Source: Squalus acanthias
Taxonomy: Eukaryota
Assembly: GCA_030390025.1 (NCBI GenBank)
Contig: CM059433.1
Coordinates: 30,258,001 to 30,322,000 of the forward strand
DNA: 64,000 nucleotides
Direction of reading: 5' to 3'
Notes under the pieces: generated by a model
What the model was told of the DNA's origin: nothing
The model's database searches: none
What the model saw: only the letters and a program-made list of their open reading frames with translations
Program-made: the position numbers and the translations under genes
In this document: positions 60,672 to 64,000 of the stretch, piece by piece
Numbering within the stretch: position 1 is the first letter of the stretch
How the letters are laid out: every line of letters begins with the position of its first letter

Positions 60672-63023
60672 ATGGAACGAATTCTAGTATTGCTCGTGGC
60701 AATCGGATGTGGATTGGCCTATCGAGGCCGCACCAAGGATGTCGTGGTGTTTGGATGTTCCGGGGACACGGCCCCCATCGCGGTGGATGGGACCGGAAGA
60801 CGGGAGGCAGAGGAGACCAGCACCTATTTCCACAAGGGAAGGTGGCCAGGATGGCTGGGAACGAACTCAACGGAGTATTCCAGCACATCGGGGTTTGCCT
60901 ACAAAGAGACTTCTTTACTGTGCCCCAAAGTAAGGATCATCGCACCCAGGATCAGCGTCACCGTCGGCAAACGGATTTGTTTGACTTGTAGTGGGAAGGT
61001 CCCATTGAGCCGATGGTGGTGGCTGCGAAAGCTGAGCAACACTATGAGGAACTCTTCGGTCGAGTGGGAACGACTGGGTAATAATACCCATCGGACAATT
61101 ACGGGGACAGACGGACAAGTGAAAGTCTGTTGGGACAAATGGTGGGAACCGGATGAGGGAATTTATGTATGTATGTGGGGGTCAAAGTACGTTTGCCCCA
61201 AAGGCATCTCCATATTTTTCATTAATCAATGGCAGGATAACGGACAGGGGATGAGGTGGGATGCGAGCACCAGGGGGTGCGGAGCCCCATTCTCCCCGAT
61301 CCCAGTAAATGCCACTGAGCTCATTACGCGCCCACGCAAAGCCCCGCCCACGATTCCGGTGGTTCTAGCTGAGAAAGAAGGGTGCCCTAAAACTAGTAAG
61401 GGACCCGGGAATGGTTTGGTACTGGTCCCCACAGACCAGATACTATTTCAGGGGGTACATTACGCGGTGGCCTCGGTGATTTTAAATCTCACCGAGGTGC
61501 GGTTACCAGAGTGGTGCCCCAAAAAGACGGAACAGTTGTACCAGGTCCTGTTGACCAAGATGTTCAGACAATTTTACGAATTCGATTTCGCGGAAATTGA
61601 TAAAACAAGTTTGTACACCGCACCACAGGAAGTTTTGGATCAAGTAGGGAGGCAAAGAAGGGGTTTGGTGAACGATGCGTTCACTGCTTTTAACACAGGT
61701 ACATCTGTGGTCAACGCTCTAGACAGTGTGGAGCTGCAGACCCAGATTAATGGTTTAAAGACACAATTAAAGGACATTCTAACAGATGAGAATAAAGTGG
61801 TAGGGTCGGGTCTACACGAGGACCAAGCCATGACCCTCCATTTAAAGGAAATTATAGCAGAGTTGGAGAAACATGCAAAGACGGTAAATGCCCTGATTAG
61901 GGAAGATCGGAATGCATCCGATCAAGCTGCGCAGAACGAGGTGTGCGTGCTTTACGGGGCGTGGTTACTGGGCGAGGGCCGCAGTAATTTGGAGGATTTA
62001 AAACAAGGTTTGGTTCCGTCCTGGATAAGTAACAAACACCTGCGGGCGCTCCACCCTTTTCAGAACGCATTAAGTCCGTGCCAGCTCAGGCTAGCTTCAG
62101 AAGCTTACCCAGTCCCCGTGGACTGCGGACGATCAAACCATACTATTATGGGAATAGTATTACGTATGCCGGTTTTGGGCGACACAGCAAAGCCCGCCCC
62201 GGTGTATCGGGTAGAGAACATTGGTGTCATTCAGGGGGGAGCCCACATTCGCTATGCAGCGGTTCCACCCTACGTCATCCGCTGGGAGCAAACGATGACA
62301 GGTACAGATCTCTCTGGTTGTCGTGGCAGGGGAGCACACATAATACTGTGCCCCCAGCACTTGAATGCCTTTTTAACACCACAGTGCGGGTTCAGAACGG
62401 CTGGCGCCAAGTCCATGAATTGCACCATGGAGGCAATGGCACAAGATCATGTGCCTCCGCAGGTAGCATACATCGGGGGTGGAACATATTGTGTTACCAC
62501 TGCAGCGCAACACTACCAGCATGGAAACCGTAGCCGGTGTCCGGTGGGTGACAGCAGTTTCTGTTTTAAACCCAGGGCGGAAGTTCAAGTAGCACAACAG
62601 CGAATTATCCCAATCCCTGAACCATCCACTGTTCATCTCACAGTAAAAGAGAATTTCACCGACTTGCAGCGATTCGTCGCGCATTTTGGATACCTCATTC
62701 CCCCTCTCCCTGAACACCTCACCAAGCTTTTAAAAGCCGTCGCGGTGTCACAGAAACACTTTTACACATTAGAGCAGAAAACTGTCGAAATAGGAACAGA
62801 CATTCTGGATATAGTAGTTCCACCGTGGTGGAATCTGTTCACTAATATTGAAGTGCCTTCATGGATCAGAATAGCCTCCCACATTTTAGTCGTATGCCAA
62901 GTGTTTATTGTAGTGTACCTATTGGTCGTACATTGTAAAAGAGACAAGCGCCTCACCAAGCATGAAAACACGGGAGAGTGGCGAGAACGTTACGTGCGCG
63001 TGCACGATGAAAGCACCGTGTGA
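60672..63023 (+). CDS. env: Env-like class I fusion glycoprotein (783 aa) with an N-terminal Ig-like domain
   Basis: Signal peptide MERILVLLVAIGCGLA, furin site RQRR (61650-61661), fusion-peptide-like GLVNDAFTAFNTG, heptad repeats, Cys-rich region, several NxS/T sequons, TM IASHILVVCQVFIVVYLLVV, short tail. Candidate splice acceptor cacag at 60654-60658. Confidence 0.9.
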   Translation: MERILVLLVAIGCGLAYRGRTKDVVVFGCSGDTAPIAVDGTGRREAEETSTYFHKGRWPGWLGTNSTEYSSTSGFAYKETSLLCPKVRIIAPRISVTVGKRICLTCSGKVPLSRWWWLRKLSNTMRNSSVEWERLGNNTHRTITGTDGQVKVCWDKWWEPDEGIYVCMWGSKYVCPKGISIFFINQWQDNGQGMRWDASTRGCGAPFSPIPVNATELITRPRKAPPTIPVVLAEKEGCPKTSKGPGNGLVLVPTDQILFQGVHYAVASVILNLTEVRLPEWCPKKTEQLYQVLLTKMFRQFYEFDFAEIDKTSLYTAPQEVLDQVGRQRRGLVNDAFTAFNTGTSVVNALDSVELQTQINGLKTQLKDILTDENKVVGSGLHEDQAMTLHLKEIIAELEKHAKTVNALIREDRNASDQAAQNEVCVLYGAWLLGEGRSNLEDLKQGLVPSWISNKHLRALHPFQNALSPCQLRLASEAYPVPVDCGRSNHTIMGIVLRMPVLGDTAKPAPVYRVENIGVIQGGAHIRYAAVPPYVIRWEQTMTGTDLSGCRGRGAHIILCPQHLNAFLTPQCGFRTAGAKSMNCTMEAMAQDHVPPQVAYIGGGTYCVTTAAQHYQHGNRSRCPVGDSSFCFKPRAEVQVAQQRIIPIPEPSTVHLTVKENFTDLQRFVAHFGYLIPPLPEHLTKLLKAVAVSQKHFYTLEQKTVEIGTDILDIVVPPWWNLFTNIEVPSWIRIASHILVVCQVFIVVYLLVVHCKRDKRLTKHENTGEWRERYVRVHDESTV

Positions 63024-63463
63024 TCGGAAAATGGCGTCACTCCCGCGCGCCACGTGCACCGCGGAAGTTTGTACTCGATGATGATTTTCAGAGATTGTAA
63101 ATACGTTGGGAACTCGACATGTTTTAAGAGTTGGTGTTGATTATTTTTGGTGATGGTGTTACAGTTAAAAATGATTGTTTGGTTTTGGGTTTTGTTTTTC
63201 CTTTCCCTGAATAAAAGATGAATATACAGGTGATACGAGAGGCATCGGCCTGGTTACGCCGGGAAGGAAAACAAGTGGTGTAAGTTTAAGGGCAAATAAT
63301 GCCTACGGTGATATAAAATGTAATTTTCTTGGGAAATGAGGACGACACAGAGACCCTAGCTAAGTTAAAATTATGGGATTAATTTACTGGATTCGGAGAG
63401 AAATCGAGATAATATTGCTCACCACTATGATTTTTGATACGATAAGCGGAGTTATTCGCATCA

Positions 63464-63474
63464 ACAGGAGGGAC
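63464..63474 (+). promoter_or_regulatory. Polypurine tract (short)
   Basis: ACAGGAGGGAC lies immediately before the TG of the 3' LTR. Confidence 0.65.
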
Positions 63475-64000
63475 TGTAGAATTCGCAATATATCGCGATT
63501 TTATTAATAAGGAGAAAACACAGAGTTTCGTTCAAACAGCTTTTATTTCAGCAGAATGCTGACAGGTTTAAAGTGGACACAAGCAGCCTGTAAAATGGCC
63601 GCCGCACCTCGTGACAGAACATTCTAGACTTTTCAACAGGCAGACAAGATGGCGTTCCAATAAACATTTGTGCAAGATCGATTAAGATTCAGCACAGTGA
63701 AGATAATACACGAGACATTATGGGTTTGCAGTATACACATAGATACTGAAATCGGTCTCCCAGGTACAAAGGAAAGCCATTGTACCGAGTAATCAAGGGC
63801 CCATCCAAAAGACATTAATATGTAAAATCCCAACGACTCTACGATGAGAGAGCCGTTAGCAGGTAGTTATACAGGACACTTGGAAGCCCCAAACCCCTCC
63901 AGGGAGAACACCGACCGATTTAACAATGGGAGAAATATTAACAGGTACTCAGACATTTACGAGTAGCCCCGAAACCCATTAAGAACGGAGATCACCCATA
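63475..64000 (+). repeat. 3' LTR (first 526 bp)
   Basis: Reads identical to 55757-56282 by eye (offset 7718). Confidence 0.96.

Larger units (their letters stand above)
55757..64000 (+). mobile_element. Young pol-less LTR retroelement / endogenous retrovirus-like provirus (LTR-gag-ORF2-env-LTR), cut by the window end
   Basis: Direct repeat starts TGTAGAATTCGC at 55757 and 63475; PBS, PPT, gag and env ORFs present; no protease, RT or integrase motifs in the 6041-bp internal region. Confidence 0.95.

Overview
Repeat-rich vertebrate DNA, most likely from a cartilaginous fish (inferred from Deu-domain tRNA-SINEs, CR1 tails and Penelope fragments). The host gene is the 3' end of EYS (eyes shut homolog) on the minus strand. 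Six GT-AG exons (44752-44586, 39817-39673, 32846-32672, 28081-27909, 17809-17648, 3414-2216) splice into one open frame of laminin-G and EGF domains. The introns hold SINEs, CR1/L2 LINE fragments, hAT, pogo-like and Harbinger-like MITEs, a transposase-less Harbinger with a spliced Myb/SANT gene, Penelope pieces with minimal hammerhead ribozymes, and several tandem arrays. The main finding is a very young LTR provirus from 55757 to beyond the window end, antisense to EYS. It has 1.68-kb LTRs identical over the 526 bp comparable, an 18-nt tRNA-Arg primer site, and an intact gag with PSAP/PPxY motifs and a CCHC knuckle. It has no pol. In its place is an unknown in-frame ORF reachable by UGA-CUAG readthrough with a downstream stem-loop. 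It also has an intact env with a paramyxovirus-F-like layout and an N-terminal immunoglobulin-like domain. Family assignments are by recall and inspection; no searches were run.
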